NCBI GenBank assembly: GCA_051362555.1
Contig: CM120640.1
Coordinates: forward strand, 23,608,225-23,672,224
Source of the DNA: Lingula anatina
Lineage: Eukaryota > Animalia > Brachiopoda
Direction: 5' to 3'
Length of the DNA stretch: 64,000 nucleotides
Numbering within the stretch: the stretch's first letter is position 1; every line of letters starts with the position of its first letter. Below the pieces are notes generated by a model. That model did no database searches. It saw only the letters and a list, made by a program, of their open reading frames with translations, and had not been told where the DNA came from. Below are positions 61,916 through 64,000 of the stretch, one piece after another. The position numbers and the translations under genes were made by a program.

Positions 61916-64000
61916 TTTTGTCACAAAACTGCAGGATAAACAGCACAGATCCCAAGATGTTATTAGCTTTTTTAATTAAAAAGTCTGAAAAAAGGGGTCT
62001 AGACAAAGGATTTTTGCATTAAGGTGCTGCTTTCATCTTTTTGTGTTGTGGAAATGCATGATGGTTTTATTTGCACTTTCAAGGAAAATGGCAAAAGGAC
62101 AGAGAAGATATCCCATTGTGTAGGCTTTTATTTGGTCTCCTTTGCATTACACTTGTAGATGTTTGATAGCTTTTCCTCTCTTAGAGAAACCAGCAGGGTG
62201 CCTTTTTCCTGTGCAGAGATAAAAGTGTTAGATACTAACAGGAGGCGGATCCGCATGAAAACCCTAAAACAGCAATGACTAGAAGGTTTCTCATGAATTC
62301 CTTGAATTCACTTCTTTCTTTATTGTAGTGAGAGAGTTTTATATGGGGTTTGCTATTTTTCTCCCTTTTTATAGAAGCAAAGTCTTTATGAATTATCAAT
62401 ATGTAATATTACTCTGCAATCAAAATGGGTCAAATTAAAGGTTTAGGCAATCATTATTATGAGAAAGTTATGATGATGCAATACAGTTGAGGATATTGTC
62501 ACTCTTTGCCCAAAACTTCTTATTTACTGTCTTACATACATTCTTTTTGGGTAATAAATGAATCTTCAGGGTTCAGAGACTAAATAAATTAACATTTACA
62601 CATATGTTATCTTATGGGTGACATCATAATTGCGATTTTGGGGTAAAAACTAAAAAATTGGTTTCTCAAATTTCTTTTACCTGAGCACCCACAATCACCC
62701 TTTTAATGCTGATTTCATGACATGATTTAGTACTCCAAAATCCTGCCAGTGATTTTTCCTAAAAATGTTCAGATTTTATTGTCGATAAAGCAAAATTATG
62801 CCTTTGTTTAATGAAAATCTGTAATTACTCCATAACTCCATAACAAAAACATTTAAACCAAAATGAAGGCAAGGGATTGTAGCTTATACATTCCTGGTCA
62901 ACTCTGCCAAAATTTTCTTGATAAAATTTTGTTCAGGGTTGAAGTTACGCCCCATACTGATTGCTATCTTACCTCAAATTAGAAAGGTGTTAAATTGAAG
63001 ATTAAAACTTAAACATACATTATACATTGCAACAAAAAATATAAATGCCGATATTTTATATTTTCCTGTTTCCTGGGTTTTTTATTGTTTTAAATCTGCA
63101 CAAAGATAGGTGCATTATTGAATAATGAGATGTAGGAAAAAACTCATTTTCGGTATCTGGATGATAATAAAGGATTACAATGTCCTTAATGATATAATTG
63201 ATACGAGGGTTTGTTTGCAAGTGCTGATTTTTCACAATTATATAAATGAAGGTATCAATAAGTAAATGGATGATAATTAAATGAATAGGTAAACGTATGA
63301 ATGAATTAGTGAATGAAAAAGATGAATAAATTGATAAATAAAGTTTTAAAAATTGCAACAAGAGAATCTATGCGTACACAGTATACAGTGATGGCATAAC
63401 AAGTGATGTGAGAGAATAGGTCATATGTTAAATGAGCTCAATTCTGGTATTAGCATCCTCCACATTACTAGTAATCACCGTTTGAGCAAAATTGTGTACC
63501 AAAATGATTTACAGGGACATTTTCGATGAGAAACAATGAGATAGTTATAGAAATGTGTAGATTACCATGTTTTGTAGGGTACTCATCATTTTATTTTACA
63601 TTAAGAAAGAATGAAAAGCACAAGTTGTGACGGTTTGCATACAGTGCATTTAGGTATTTGATATGGTAATGGCCTGAAATCTTCCAGAATAGCCACTTTA
63701 CAGTAATTTCTATATTTCCTGATTACTGCAATTTAGGTGTGAGGTTTTCCACATTTTCCACTTTGTGTGTCACTCCATCACAGATGGTTATTACCATTTG
63801 TGGTTTGCTCTTTGTAGAAATTAGATAAAAAAACTAATCATCTCTGATTCACTGATACACTAGTAGTATCGTGTACGGTTTTTCTTTTGTAACTCATTAA
63901 TAAAAATTGCTTTAGGCTGGTTGGTGTGATTGAAATTCTAGAAGAGAGATATGTAGATTTCATGATGCAGGTGTGCGTGATCATGTAACCATCTCATAAA

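Noticed and set aside
62610-62956. Possible TIR element (TATGGGTGAC...GTTACGCCCATA)
   Set aside because: The terminal match is too weak and there is no TSD or second copy in the window.
1-64000. CRISPR array, prokaryotic operon or defence system
   Set aside because: The sequence is spliceosomal-intron-containing animal DNA. There are no regularly spaced repeats with unique spacers and no long intronless ORFs.
39000-64000. Short 60-120 aa ORFs in the ORF track
   Set aside because: They have low-complexity F/L/I/K-rich composition, no recognisable domains and no consistent splice-phase chain.

Overview
AT-rich, intron-rich animal genomic DNA, probably from a marine invertebrate (lophotrochozoan-like; this is an inference). 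There are no prokaryotic operons, CRISPR arrays, rRNA or tRNA genes. The window has three parts. (1) 7-17571 (-): the 5' half of a DOCK-C family GEF gene (DOCK7-like; 26 coding exons, 1066 codons, N-terminus through the DHR-1/C2 domain into the ARM region). It runs off the left edge, has one GC-AG intron, and carries what looks like a duplicated alternative exon (4097/4169-4261) that could give a short isoform lacking the GEF domain. (2) 21990-33174 (+): a complete 8-exon DUR3-like urea/solute symporter (SSS/SLC5 superfamily, 777 aa), head-to-head with DOCK7. It has a possible signal peptide, a Cys/His-rich loop insertion and a C-terminal PDZ-type motif (TKL). (3) ~37.6-64 kb: no recognisable protein domain, but CpG depletion, T/G skew and a few strong splice sites suggest the first exons and very large introns of a further + strand gene. 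Many short non-autonomous elements are present (Harbinger-, Kolobok-, hAT5- and Helentron-like elements and a tRNA-derived SINE), plus chains of TA-NNNN-TA palindromes that resemble transposon excision footprints. Exon coordinates were read by hand and checked for phase continuity; homology calls come from remembered family sequences, not database searches.
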